Origin: an uncultured Candidatus Saccharibacteria bacterium | Lineage (GTDB): Bacteria > Patescibacteriota > Minisyncoccia > Phycocordibacterales > CAIZLB01 | Direction of reading: 5' to 3' | Assembly (NCBI GenBank): GCA_964550955.1 | Contig: CAZKAF010000001.1 | Location: 238,728 to 302,727 of the forward strand | Length of the DNA: 64,000 nt | Shown here: positions 9,915 to 19,635 of the stretch, piece by piece | Numbering within the stretch: the stretch's first letter is position 1 | Layout: every line of letters begins with the position of its first letter | Notes under the pieces: model-generated | The model's database searches: none | Told to the model about the DNA's origin: nothing | The model's input: only the letters and a program-made list of their open reading frames with translations | Made by a program: the position numbers and the translations under genes

Positions 9915-10646
9915 TTATCTCATTATCTCTAAGATTTTCTGGTGCACGTCTTTGCTTTCTGCGGCAATGATTCCCTTGCATTCGCGTGTCAGAGGATTGC
10001 CGTCTGCATCCGTGAATATTCCGCCCGCCTCCTCCACGAGAAGCTTTCCGGCGAATTCAGGAAACGTATCCTTGTTGTTGCTGTATGCTGCCGAAGCTCT
10101 CCCGCAAGCCACGTAGGCATAATGCAGTCCTACCGAACCAAGAACCCTGATGGTTGCTGTCTCGAAAAGCTTCAGGAGCTTTTCATTGAAAATCTTTCTC
10201 TCAAAGCTGCCGCCGACAAGGCACGTCAAGTCTCCGCGACGCTTTACGCCGCTCTTTGCCTCATTAACGTAAAAACCCTTCCCTTTCTCCGCATGAAAGA
10301 GTTCTTTGGTCGCAGGATCATATACGGCGGCGAAAATTATCTCGCCTTCTCTCATGTGACTTGCTACCACGGTGTAATGGGGCAAGCCATTGATAAAATT
10401 ATACGTGCTGCTTATCGGATCGATAATCCAAACGCTATTTCCTGCTATGAAGTTGTCATGCAGCTCTTCGGCATAAATTCGAGCTTCAGGATCATGAGAG
10501 AGTATGAATTCCGAAAGCTTCGTTTCTATTTCCAAGTCTCGCTCAGTCAGCCATTGTTTTTCGGTGCCGATATCGCTTGCCGTGCCAGCTTCGGCCGATA
10601 TTTCATTTCCCAGCCGAACGATGAGTTTTTTGAGGTCGGTGTACAT
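9915..10646 (-). CDS. inositol monophosphatase family phosphatase (SuhB/CysQ-like)
   Basis: WIIDPISST (variant of the WxIDPIDGT motif) and an IMPase-like metal-binding pattern. Confidence 0.75.
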   Translation of the reverse strand: MYTDLKKLIVRLGNEISAEAGTASDIGTEKQWLTERDLEIETKLSEFILSHDPEARIYAEELHDNFIAGNSVWIIDPISSTYNFINGLPHYTVVASHMREGEIIFAAVYDPATKELFHAEKGKGFYVNEAKSGVKRRGDLTCLVGGSFERKIFNEKLLKLFETATIRVLGSVGLHYAYVACGRASAAYSNNKDTFPEFAGKLLVEEAGGIFTDADGNPLTRECKGIIAAESKDVHQKILEIMR

Positions 10647-10977
10647 GGCCAGATTGTACTACGGCAGGCGGTTATTAGAAACTCGCAGGCTTTTCATCGC
10701 TTTGCAGACTCTATGGCCCTAGCTTTATATTCCCCGTGACTTTCCAGCCCCATCCCCGCTCTCCTTTCGTCCAGATGCTCCTCGTCTCCGATTTCAATAA
10801 ATGTGATTTCTTTCGTGACGGGGTCAATCCTGTATTGAGTGCCGTACTTCTGGGGTTCGCCTTTCTGCACAAGGATCTTGTCTATCAGATAGGCTTTATC
10901 TTTCCAAGCCTGAATTCTTTAATTGAACTTTGGTCGGTGTCATACATTGATTCCAGTATTTTTGTCGAGGGGTGCAT

Positions 10978-11490
10978 TTAATTTGAGATATTTTTACCCA
11001 TCTCAATCACCCTGCCCATGACATGGTCGCCGATATGTCCCCAGTCAAAATATTGCTTGTAATCCTCGGGATTTATCAGGATAATTTCCTGAATCTCGCC
11101 GTCGGGGTCTGCCACGAACGGACCGTGCGGCTCGACGATGCAGAAAGACCGCGTTTGCCGTACAGTTCGGTCAGGCTCGTATATGTCCTGATATCCGATA
11201 AGCTCTTGGGAAAGGACCTTCATGTTCGTTTCTTCGGCAACCTCGCGCACGACGGCCTCTTCATATGTCTCCCCCGCTTCGATTCCTCCGCCTGCCGGCA
11301 TCCATCCGCTTTTAGGGTGCTTGACGAGCACGAGTTTCCCGTCGGTTTCAGGATCGCCGCTTTTGATGCAGCAAAACGCATGCACGCCCTGCATGATTTT
11401 ATCGCCTAAGCCTGTAAGCGGATCTTGCTCATAGTATTCAATATTTATCACTTGCCCGCTCTTGTTTGTCAGTTTCGATGTGAGTTTCAT
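10978..11490 (-). CDS. NUDIX hydrolase
   Basis: NUDIX box GGGIEAGETYEEAVVREVAEETNMKV. Confidence 0.8.
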   Translation of the reverse strand: MKLTSKLTNKSGQVINIEYYEQDPLTGLGDKIMQGVHAFCCIKSGDPETDGKLVLVKHPKSGWMPAGGGIEAGETYEEAVVREVAEETNMKVLSQELIGYQDIYEPDRTVRQTRSFCIVEPHGPFVADPDGEIQEIILINPEDYKQYFDWGHIGDHVMGRVIEMGKNISN

Positions 11491-11655
11491 TGTTTTCTGG
11501 CTAAATCAAGCTAATAATCTTTCTTATAATTCTTCCTTTATCACAATCACCGGATTCCGTCCGTCATCCTGAAGAATTTCGATAACCTTTCGAATATTTT
11601 GAGATCGAATCATTGCTCCATGATAACACTTTTTTGCACGTTGATAGGTCAGAGG

Positions 11656-12441
11656 CTACCCGACCAGTCTTGCCACCTTTTCTCTCAGGTCGTCGGCGTG
11701 TTCCTCATACGTCTTTCCTGTCTGAAGCCGTTCGATGGCTCCGATGTTTATGACGATTTTAGTTTTTCTTAATCCGATGAGGCTCAGAACCTTGCTCGCA
11801 AGCGTCTTGTCGGCGTTTTTGGTGATCTTGATGCCGATCGGGAGAATCGGCGCATGGGTCGAAAGCGCCAAGGCTGAAACGCCTCGCTTGAACATTCCGA
11901 TCTGCCCGCTGCGGTTCATTCTCCCTTCTGGAAACATGGCGATGATGCCCTTGTTTCGGATGATGGCCTTCGCTCTCTGGAGATTTTTCTGAAGTCCGAG
12001 CCCGTGCTGGACGACGAACACGCCGAAGAGCCCGTACGTGAACTGCACGACGCCTATTCTCCTCATCAGGTTCAGGAACGGATCGGCGAACTTGATGACT
12101 GCCATGAATCGCATCGGAAGGAGCCTTGAGAACGGCCCGACCGCCACCCTGAAGAGGAAGCTGTCATAGAAGCGGGAATGATTGGCGATCATGATCAGCG
12201 GCGACCGTACTCCCTTGAGGTTTTCCCTGCCGACTATCGCGAGATCGAAGAAGAGATTGAATGCCGGCCAGAAGAGCAGCCAGGAGAAGAGCTGCGTCGT
12301 TGCCGAGTAGGCCTTGATGGCGAAGCACTTGACCCAAATCGTCCCTCGGTAAATTTTCTTCCACAGGACTCGGATGAAAAGGATGAGCCCGTCATGGACT
12401 TCATGGGCAAAAAAAATGACGACTTTAGAAGGGTCGTTCAT
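11656..12441 (-). CDS. lysophospholipid acyltransferase family protein (second PlsC-like)
   Basis: NHSRFYD (HX4D) and FPEGRMN motifs. The longest ORF starts at 12573, but its first 44 aa are low-complexity, so Met45 (12441) is the preferred start. Confidence 0.65.
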   Translation of the reverse strand: MNDPSKVVIFFAHEVHDGLILFIRVLWKKIYRGTIWVKCFAIKAYSATTQLFSWLLFWPAFNLFFDLAIVGRENLKGVRSPLIMIANHSRFYDSFLFRVAVGPFSRLLPMRFMAVIKFADPFLNLMRRIGVVQFTYGLFGVFVVQHGLGLQKNLQRAKAIIRNKGIIAMFPEGRMNRSGQIGMFKRGVSALALSTHAPILPIGIKITKNADKTLASKVLSLIGLRKTKIVINIGAIERLQTGKTYEEHADDLREKVARLVG

Positions 12442-12709
12442 GGGACTGTCTATTTGTTGCAGGTGCTGGAGACTGTTTAAGGCGCCACCGTTTGCCTGTG
12501 GCTGTCTTATGCTGGGGCTTATCCTTCCCGGATCGCCCTTCATGGGGTATGTCTGAGGTCTATACTGGCTCATTTGGAGTATTCATATAATAGCACATTT
12601 TGTCTAAAAAGGCAAATCGTGGGAATTCGTCGGATTCGGGCGGCGCCTGTCAGGCTTTTGCCGACTCGGCATTTTTTGACTTTTCCTTTGCCCTTCTGGA
12701 ACCCTCTGG

Positions 12710-13186
12710 CTAATACCGCCTGCCCGTCATCCAATACAGGACTGCGACCGGCACCGCTATTGAAACAAAATAGCCTGAACTCCCGCTCAAGAAAGTCTGA
12801 AGGCTTTTGCTGAGCCCGAAGATGTCCTTGTACGGCAATATGTGAAGCGTCAGCGCGACGGTCAGAAGGACTACCGACACGGACAATGCGAGCGCGTCGA
12901 CGAAGCCGACTACGCCCGCCCTGTTCCCGTCAGAATGGACGATTCGCCGGGCGACGAAGAAGGACAGGATGAAGAACACGGCAAAGATGAGCGCGTGCGA
13001 GTAGAAGATCTGGTTCGCATTGTCGTTCATCAGGATGAATGTGCTTTTCCAGGGAAATGAAGCGTACAGGGCGGCCGCAGGATAGAAGCTGACGATGAGC
13101 GAAAAGAGCGTGACTTTTCCCTTGTAGAACGAGAACGCGGTCAGGAGCGCGATGACTGCGATGAGCGCGATATTGAATGTGAACAT
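12710..13186 (-). CDS. hypothetical polytopic membrane protein
   Basis: 158 aa with four predicted hydrophobic helices. Confidence 0.4.
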   Translation of the reverse strand: MFTFNIALIAVIALLTAFSFYKGKVTLFSLIVSFYPAAALYASFPWKSTFILMNDNANQIFYSHALIFAVFFILSFFVARRIVHSDGNRAGVVGFVDALALSVSVVLLTVALTLHILPYKDIFGLSKSLQTFLSGSSGYFVSIAVPVAVLYWMTGRRY

Positions 13187-13331
13187 GTTGGATTCATTAT
13201 ATGTTCAAAAAAGTTTTTTAACCAGCTTTTTTTGATAAAAAATGTAGATAATGAAACTTCGGCGCGCGCGCTCTGGAAAGGCAAGCGCAAGCGGCGGACG
13301 GGTGCGGCTAGGATTTTCCCTGACTGCTTTC

Positions 13332-13817
13332 CTATGGGCAGTTCGGAGCAAGCGGGATGGTGGGAAGCCCGCTGATCGTGCGGCCAAACACTTCGATGGT
13401 GTCCACGCTGCCGCAGGCTGCGGGGTTGGACCCTTCATATTGATTCGCATCCATGTTATACGGATTTCCCCACGGATCTCTGGCGAACCTCTCCAGGCCG
13501 CTCACGAGCCCTTTCGTGGCTGTCTGTATCTGCTGCAGCGCCATTTCCCAATTCTCCGTGCACTGCGAAGTGGTATAGCCGCCGGTGCAGCCGCATGCCA
13601 CGCAATTTGCATAATTGGCGAACGTGAAGAGCGGGCGGCCTCCCTGTTCTCCTTGCGCGATTATGATCGCGTTGCGAATCTCCCGTATCTCCTGCTTTGC
13701 GCGGGCTTCCCGGGCAGCATCCCTGGCTTGGGTAACTGACGCGAGCACGACAGAGGAAAGCACCCCGATAATGGAGATGACGACCAGCAGCTCAATCAGC
13801 GTGAAGCCCTTTTTCAT
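13332..13817 (-). CDS. type IV pilin / pseudopilin with class III signal peptide
   Basis: MKKGFTLIELLVVISIIGVL prepilin-peptidase site (G|FTLIE) and a Cys-rich C-terminal globular part. Start placed at the internal Met of the longer ORF that begins at 13844. Confidence 0.8.
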   Translation of the reverse strand: MKKGFTLIELLVVISIIGVLSSVVLASVTQARDAAREARAKQEIREIRNAIIIAQGEQGGRPLFTFANYANCVACGCTGGYTTSQCTENWEMALQQIQTATKGLVSGLERFARDPWGNPYNMDANQYEGSNPAACGSVDTIEVFGRTISGLPTIPLAPNCP

Positions 13818-13853
13818 ATTGATTTGTGAGCGCGACGTTCCCATGGATATGTT

Positions 13854-14174
13854 TTAGTATTTTCTAGGCAAATCTATAAGCTGTTCCGGCGTGAACAGAT
13901 GCTCAAGTTCGGGCGTGACATCCTCCCGGTAAATCACGGGCAGCCTGTTATTGCCGGCCGGGCCCGGAACCAGCACGATATAGACGATTATGGCAATAAG
14001 GATGCATATCCCGGATATGATCAAGTATATCTGGTTGAGCTGCTTGTCATCCTGCACGCCGGTCAGGCGCTTGACCAATTTGGCCAAGGAAGAATCTTTC
14101 GGCTCCGGGCTGCCGGCGTTCGGAGCATATCCCTGGAACTGGAATGATTCCCTGTCATCGAAAATTACGTTCAT
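13854..14174 (-). CDS. hypothetical small bitopic membrane protein
   Basis: 106 aa with one central TM helix (LIISGICILIAIIVYIVLV). Confidence 0.4.
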   Translation of the reverse strand: MNVIFDDRESFQFQGYAPNAGSPEPKDSSLAKLVKRLTGVQDDKQLNQIYLIISGICILIAIIVYIVLVPGPAGNNRLPVIYREDVTPELEHLFTPEQLIDLPRKY

Positions 14175-14293
14175 CAGCTAAAGTATAACTAATTTATGAA
14201 GATTTTAAAAACTGCTTATAAACCTCACGAACCTTCTTTGCCTGACCAGGGCGGAGATTTGCGAAGGAGGTCTTAAGGGCTTGAGCGAACCCT

Positions 14294-15457
14294 CTACAAG
14301 CCCTCGCCTCTCAATTCCTCGATCATTTTCTGCGCTTTCCTTGAAATCTTCTGGGGTATTTCTATTTTTACATGCAGCATCAGGTCCCCTCTTTTCGTCG
14401 AAGGATGCCGTGAGGCGCTTGGATTATTCGATCCCGGCCCGTGCGGCACGCCCTTGCCTCGAACCCGGAGAACTTCGCCGTGCCTGATTCCTTGCGGAAT
14501 GCTGACCGTCAGCTTCTCGTCGAGCGTTTCGACGTCGATGTCGCCCCCGAGCAGCGTATCCGTAAGCTTTATCGGCATGTCCATGACAAGATTCAGCCCG
14601 TCTTTCTTAAGGCCGTGCTTCGCATATTCCCCCGTCGGCTTCTTGACGTGGATTTTAATATACAGGTCGCCTGTCTTTCCGCCCGTAATCGCCTCGCCTT
14701 TTCCGGCAACCCGCAGCATTTCTCCCGGCTCTATGCCTGCCGGGATTACGGCCTTGATCGAATCCTTCAGGCTCTCGATTCCCTTGCCCTTGCAGCGCTT
14801 GCATTTTTCCTTCGGAATCTTCCCCGTGCCCATGCAGGCATCGCAGGCCCGCGCGGACTGGAATGATCCGAAGACGCTTCGCTTGATTTCCGTAACCTGG
14901 CCCGCGCCGTCGCAGGTCTTGCATGTTTCCATCGATGTTCCGGGCTCGCTCCGGGAACCGTTGCAATGCGAGCATTCGGCAGTCCTGTGGACTGAAAATT
15001 CCTTTTCCGCGCCAAACACCGATTCCTCGAATGAGATTTCGATGTCGACCTGTATGTCCGAGCCTTTCTTTTCCTTTGTCCGAGCCGATCTGCCTCCTCC
15101 GAACATTCCGCCAAAAATGTCGCCCAAGTCGAATTCCACGCCATCCTGTCCGAAGCCGCCGAAGCCCTGGCCTCCGAAACCGCTGAAGTCGAATCCGTCG
15201 AACCCTCCGAATCCTTGGCTGCCGCTTCCGCCTCCGCCGAAGCCCGGACCGGCGCTTCCGAACTGGTCGTATTGAGCCCGTTTCTGGTCGTCCGAAAGAA
15301 CCGAGTACGCCTCGTTGGCCTCCTTGAATTTCTTGTCATCGCCGCCGGTCTTGTCCGGATGATGCTCATGAGCTAATTTTCGGAACGCCTTCTTGATCTC
15401 GTCCTTGGACGCGTTTTTCTGGACTCCGAGAATCTGATAGTAATCTTTTTGGGACAT
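14294..15457 (-). CDS. dnaJ: molecular chaperone DnaJ (Hsp40)
   Basis: J-domain with HPD (YYQILGV...HHPDK), a Gly/Phe-rich linker, and four CxxCxGxG zinc-finger repeats. Confidence 0.92.
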   Translation of the reverse strand: MSQKDYYQILGVQKNASKDEIKKAFRKLAHEHHPDKTGGDDKKFKEANEAYSVLSDDQKRAQYDQFGSAGPGFGGGGSGSQGFGGFDGFDFSGFGGQGFGGFGQDGVEFDLGDIFGGMFGGGRSARTKEKKGSDIQVDIEISFEESVFGAEKEFSVHRTAECSHCNGSRSEPGTSMETCKTCDGAGQVTEIKRSVFGSFQSARACDACMGTGKIPKEKCKRCKGKGIESLKDSIKAVIPAGIEPGEMLRVAGKGEAITGGKTGDLYIKIHVKKPTGEYAKHGLKKDGLNLVMDMPIKLTDTLLGGDIDVETLDEKLTVSIPQGIRHGEVLRVRGKGVPHGPGSNNPSASRHPSTKRGDLMLHVKIEIPQKISRKAQKMIEELRGEGL

Positions 15458-15595
15458 GATTTTGGTTTATTTTTACTGCTTATACATCGTTCATGCGCGC
15501 TTCTTCATTTTCAGATGCTTTGCGCCGCGCATTTTCATTTTGCTGCTTGGAACCCATGCCGCGCGTCGAGCGCATGCAGGGGTTTTGAGGACACT

Positions 15596-17545
15596 TTACT
15601 TGGTTTCTGCGTCTCGCACGTTGCCCTCCGAACCTGCGTTTCCTTCCGCGCCGCTTGCGCTTCCCGCTCCAGCCCCTTCGTTTCCGGCTGCCGATGCGTC
15701 GCCGGGCGCATTGGCCGGGCTCTCCGCTTGAGCGGCTTTCGCCATCGCTTCGCCGATCTTCGACATCTCTGCCGAAAGCTCTTCCGTCGCCTTCTTGAGA
15801 GCCTCGATATCCGTACCCTCTTTGGCTGTCTTGAGTTCGGCAATCTTGGCCTCGACAGACGTCACTATTTCAGCCGGGATCTTGTCCTTGCTGTCCTTCA
15901 GCGCTTTCTCAGCCGAATACATGGTGTGGTCTGCGGTGTTCCTGACATCCACTTCATCCCGCTTCTTCTTGTCTTCGGCATCATGAGCCTCGGCGTCCTT
16001 CTTCATTTTTTCGATGTCTTCCGGCGTGAGTCCCGAGCTTGCCTCGATTCGAATGGACTGCTCCTTGTTCGTAGCCTTGTCCTTTGCTTTCACGTTTAAG
16101 ATGCCGTTTGCGTCAACGTCGAACGTTACTTCGACTTGCGGCATGCCTCGCGGCGCTGGCGGAATTCCATCAAGGATGAACCGGCCGAGCGACTTGTTGT
16201 CGGAAGCCATGGCCCGTTCGCCCTGAACGATATGAATCTCTACCGATGTCTGATTGTCAGCGGCAGTCGAGAATACCTGCGAGCGCGAAGCAGGAATAGT
16301 CGTATTTTTTTCAATGAGTTTGGTCCCGACTCCGCCCATCGTTTCAATGCCAAGCGAAAGCGGAATAACATCAAGAAGGAGAATGTCTTTCACGTCTCCG
16401 GCAATGATGCCTCCCTGAATGGCGGCGCCAAGGGCCACTACTTCGTCAGGGTTGATGCTCTTGTTCGGCTCCTTTCCGAAGAAGTCCTTAACCGCTTGCT
16501 GAATCTTCGGCATTCGAGTCTGTCCGCCCACGAGGATGACCTCGTTGATGTCAGATACTTTGAATGGAGAGGCTTCGATAGCTCGCTTCGTAATCTGCAT
16601 TGCCCGCTCGATGAACTCGTCCGCGATCTCGTCGAGTTTTGCCCGAGTGAGCTTCATCACCAAGTGCTTCGGCCCGTCAGCCCCCTGCGTGATGAACGGA
16701 ATGTTGATTTCAGTTTCAATGGAAGTCGAAAGCTCGATTTTCGCCTTTTCAGCCGCTTCGTCGAGCCTTTGCATCGCAAGAGCGTCGTTTCGAACGTCGA
16801 TGCCTTGGTCTTTCTTGAACTCATCCGCAATCCAGTTCAGGATCTTGTAGTCGATGTCCCGTCCTCCGAGTCGGTGGTCGCCGTCGGTTGCCTTTACTTC
16901 GACGACATCGTCGCCGACCTCAAGAATGGAGATGTCGAACGTTCCTCCTCCGAGGTCGAATACTGCCACTTTCTCATCTTTCTTCTTGTTGAATCCGTAT
17001 GCAAGCGCGGCCGCTGTCGGCTCGTTGATAATTCGCTTGACGTCAAGACCGGCGATTTTGCCCGCGTCTTTGGTTGCCTGCCTCTGCGAGTCATTGAAGT
17101 ATGCCGGAACGGTGATGATCGCTTCAGTCACCTTTTCGCCGAGCTTCGCCTCGACATCGTTCTTGATTTTAGTGAGGATCATGGCTGAAATTTCTTCAGG
17201 AGAATATTCTTTCGCGCCTTCCTTGTCGGACAGCGAGACTTTGACGCCGCCGTTTGCCGCTTTCACGACATCGTACGCGACGGTGGTCTTGTCCTGCTGA
17301 ACGCCCGATTCGTCGAAGCTGTGCCCGATGAATCGCTTGATTCCGTATACCGTGTTCTTGGGATTAGTCACTGCCTGCCGCTTTGCGAGAAGCCCGACGA
17401 GCCGCTCGCTGTTCTTTGAGATGGCCACGATCGAGGGAGTCGTTCGCGCGCCTTCCGCATTTTCCAGGATCTTGGGCTCGCCCGCTTCCATTACCGCGAC
17501 TGCCGAGTTTGTTGTACCGAGATCGATACCGATTATTTTTGCCAT
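15596..17545 (-). CDS. dnaK: molecular chaperone DnaK (Hsp70)
   Basis: [19 protein letters not shown]-terminus and a full Hsp70 ATPase plus substrate-binding domain. Start placed at the MAKIIG Met; the longer ORF begins at 17596. Confidence 0.95.
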   Translation of the reverse strand: MAKIIGIDLGTTNSAVAVMEAGEPKILENAEGARTTPSIVAISKNSERLVGLLAKRQAVTNPKNTVYGIKRFIGHSFDESGVQQDKTTVAYDVVKAANGGVKVSLSDKEGAKEYSPEEISAMILTKIKNDVEAKLGEKVTEAIITVPAYFNDSQRQATKDAGKIAGLDVKRIINEPTAAALAYGFNKKKDEKVAVFDLGGGTFDISILEVGDDVVEVKATDGDHRLGGRDIDYKILNWIADEFKKDQGIDVRNDALAMQRLDEAAEKAKIELSTSIETEINIPFITQGADGPKHLVMKLTRAKLDEIADEFIERAMQITKRAIEASPFKVSDINEVILVGGQTRMPKIQQAVKDFFGKEPNKSINPDEVVALGAAIQGGIIAGDVKDILLLDVIPLSLGIETMGGVGTKLIEKNTTIPASRSQVFSTAADNQTSVEIHIVQGERAMASDNKSLGRFILDGIPPAPRGMPQVEVTFDVDANGILNVKAKDKATNKEQSIRIEASSGLTPEDIEKMKKDAEAHDAEDKKKRDEVDVRNTADHTMYSAEKALKDSKDKIPAEIVTSVEAKIAELKTAKEGTDIEALKKATEELSAEMSKIGEAMAKAAQAESPANAPGDASAAGNEGAGAGSASGAEGNAGSEGNVRDAETK

Positions 17546-17662
17546 AGTTTTTTGTGGGCAGATGCATGCGCTTCGGCATTTGATGACCGAAGGCACGGCA
17601 TGCGCCTTAATTTGGAGATTAAATTCTAATAGTTGATAAGAACCGCTGATGGTTGATCAGGA

Positions 17663-18061
17663 CTAGAAGAATGAGGACGGCGCCCTCGGTTTCTGGCGCG
17701 TAAGAAGCATTTCGCTTGATGGAAAATATGGAGACCTGACTATCTTGTATGAAATGGGCTTTGCAAAGGCCTTGGCTGCCTGCTTCGGACTTTCAAGGAG
17801 AAGCGCGTTCGAGGAATCCGCGCATGCCGCGACGGATTCGCCGGCTGTGCCCGACGAGGCGTTCGCGCCTGTCAGCTGGGCATGGACCGCGAACGCCTCG
17901 GCTTGGGTGAGCTCTTTCTGCAGCACGGTCTTGAACGAATTGCCCTTCTTGCCGCGGACAATCTGCCCGAAAACCAGAAAATACGAAGAAGCGACCTGCG
18001 TGAGGAGGATCAGGTTCTTGCCGTCAATCTTGTGAGCTAGAATTTTGTCGGTCGTAAGCAT
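17663..18061 (-). CDS. hypothetical protein (weak call; may be non-coding dnaK leader region)
   Basis: 132-aa ORF, low-complexity, no motif; the opposite strand carries an equally long ORF. Confidence 0.2.
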   Translation of the reverse strand: MLTTDKILAHKIDGKNLILLTQVASSYFLVFGQIVRGKKGNSFKTVLQKELTQAEAFAVHAQLTGANASSGTAGESVAACADSSNALLLESPKQAAKAFAKPISYKIVRSPYFPSSEMLLTRQKPRAPSSFF

Positions 18062-18265
18062 GGTGGATTGATGGGTTTCGGGCCTTGTCAGCCCGAACGG
18101 CTCTTATTCCGGCACATTATAAAACTTGGCAGAAATTTGGCAAGTCGGCTCCGCAATCTGCATTCTGCGCAAAACGCGCGGTGAACGATTCAATTATGCA
18201 ATATTCTCGCGCGCGGCATGTTCCCGGCGCCTAACTGCGGCAACTATGGCGAAGATTCGTGAATT

Positions 18266-19621
18266 TTAGATGAAATTTCTATTTTTCCCGATATCGGTCC
18301 TCATGTATTTGCCCTGAAAGTCGATGAGCGCCGCTGCCCTGTAGGCAAGCTCGAGCGCATTGTCGAGCGTATCCGCTTCGGCCGTGACGCCGAGCACCCT
18401 TCCGCCGTTCGTGACGAGCTTTCCCTCGTTCCATGCGGTTCCGGCATGAAAGACCTTGACGTTCGGATCTTTCTCCGCATCCTCGATGCCCCTGATTTCG
18501 AATCCTCTTTCAAAAGGGCCCGGATATCCCGACGAGGCCAATACGACCGTGCATGCGAAGCTGTCTTTCCAGGCGACCTTGTCTTCGGTCAGCGTCCCGT
18601 CAATGCAGGCGTCGATGACGGTCAGGAGATTGCTCTTGAGAAGGCGCATGTATGTCTGAGTTTCCGGGTCTCCGAATCGCGCATTGTATTCCAAAATCTT
18701 CGGCACCATGACGATGGAATCTCTCAGGCTCGCCGAGGTGACCGGCGCGGCAGGAGCGCCTTGGCCTGAAAGTTCTTCCGGGCTGGCGTATGTCAGCATC
18801 AGGCCGGGGTACAGGACGCCGGAAAACGGATAGCCTTCGGCGCTCATGGCGGAAATGGTCGGAGTAACTATGCCTGTCTTGATATGGGCCAGCTGCTCGG
18901 GGGTCACGTCCTGAACGGGAGCAACGCTGCCCATTCCTCCGGTATTCGGGCCGGTGTTGCTTTCGCCTATCGTCTTGTAGTCGCGGCTGGGCGGAAACAG
19001 GACGCTCTCTTTCCCGTCAGTGAATGCGTGAACGGACAATTCGGATCCGACCAGGAATTCCTCGACTACCACCTCGTTGCCCGAATCGCCGAACTTCCTG
19101 TCGATCATTATTTCCTTGAGCGCCGCTGCCGCCTCTTCCTTGGTGCGGCAAATGGACACCCCTTTTCCAAGCGCCAGCCCGCTCGCCTTGACGACGACGG
19201 GCAAAGGATGCCCTTCGAGATATGCCAGCGCCTCCGCATGTATTGAAAAATTCTTGAACCGGGCGGTCGGAAGGCTGTTTCGCTCCATGAAGGCTTTTGA
19301 AAAGGCCTTCGACCATTCCAGGACTGACGCCGCTTTCGTCGGGCCGAAAATGCGGAGATTGTTCTGCCTGAAGATGTCGACTATTCCGCTCGCGAGGCAG
19401 TCATCGGGAATTGCCAGGGTCAGGTCTATCTGCTGTTCCGCGGCGAAGCCCAGGAGCTCGCTTGTCTCGGTCGATTTCAGCTGCGTATTGATGCCGAGCA
19501 TCGCGGTGCCGCCGTTTCCCGGCGCAAAAAAGAACTCGACGTCGTGATTGTCCTGCTTTATCTTCCACGCGATCGCATGTTCCCTTCCTCCTCCGCCTAT
19601 TATAAGTATTTTCTTCATCAT
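18266..19621 (-). CDS. purD: phosphoribosylamine--glycine ligase
   Basis: N-terminus KILIIGGGGREHAIAWK and an ATP-grasp pattern typical of GAR synthetase. Confidence 0.9.
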   Translation of the reverse strand: MMKKILIIGGGGREHAIAWKIKQDNHDVEFFFAPGNGGTAMLGINTQLKSTETSELLGFAAEQQIDLTLAIPDDCLASGIVDIFRQNNLRIFGPTKAASVLEWSKAFSKAFMERNSLPTARFKNFSIHAEALAYLEGHPLPVVVKASGLALGKGVSICRTKEEAAAALKEIMIDRKFGDSGNEVVVEEFLVGSELSVHAFTDGKESVLFPPSRDYKTIGESNTGPNTGGMGSVAPVQDVTPEQLAHIKTGIVTPTISAMSAEGYPFSGVLYPGLMLTYASPEELSGQGAPAAPVTSASLRDSIVMVPKILEYNARFGDPETQTYMRLLKSNLLTVIDACIDGTLTEDKVAWKDSFACTVVLASSGYPGPFERGFEIRGIEDAEKDPNVKVFHAGTAWNEGKLVTNGGRVLGVTAEADTLDNALELAYRAAALIDFQGKYMRTDIGKNRNFI

Positions 19622-19635
19622 GATTTTATGATCTT

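Noticed and set aside
17546-18265. HrcA gene or CIRCE operator upstream of dnaK
   Set aside because: The 132-aa ORF (17663-18061) has no HrcA-like motifs and is far too short. No TTAGCACTC-N9-GAGTGCTAA-like inverted repeat is present in the region.
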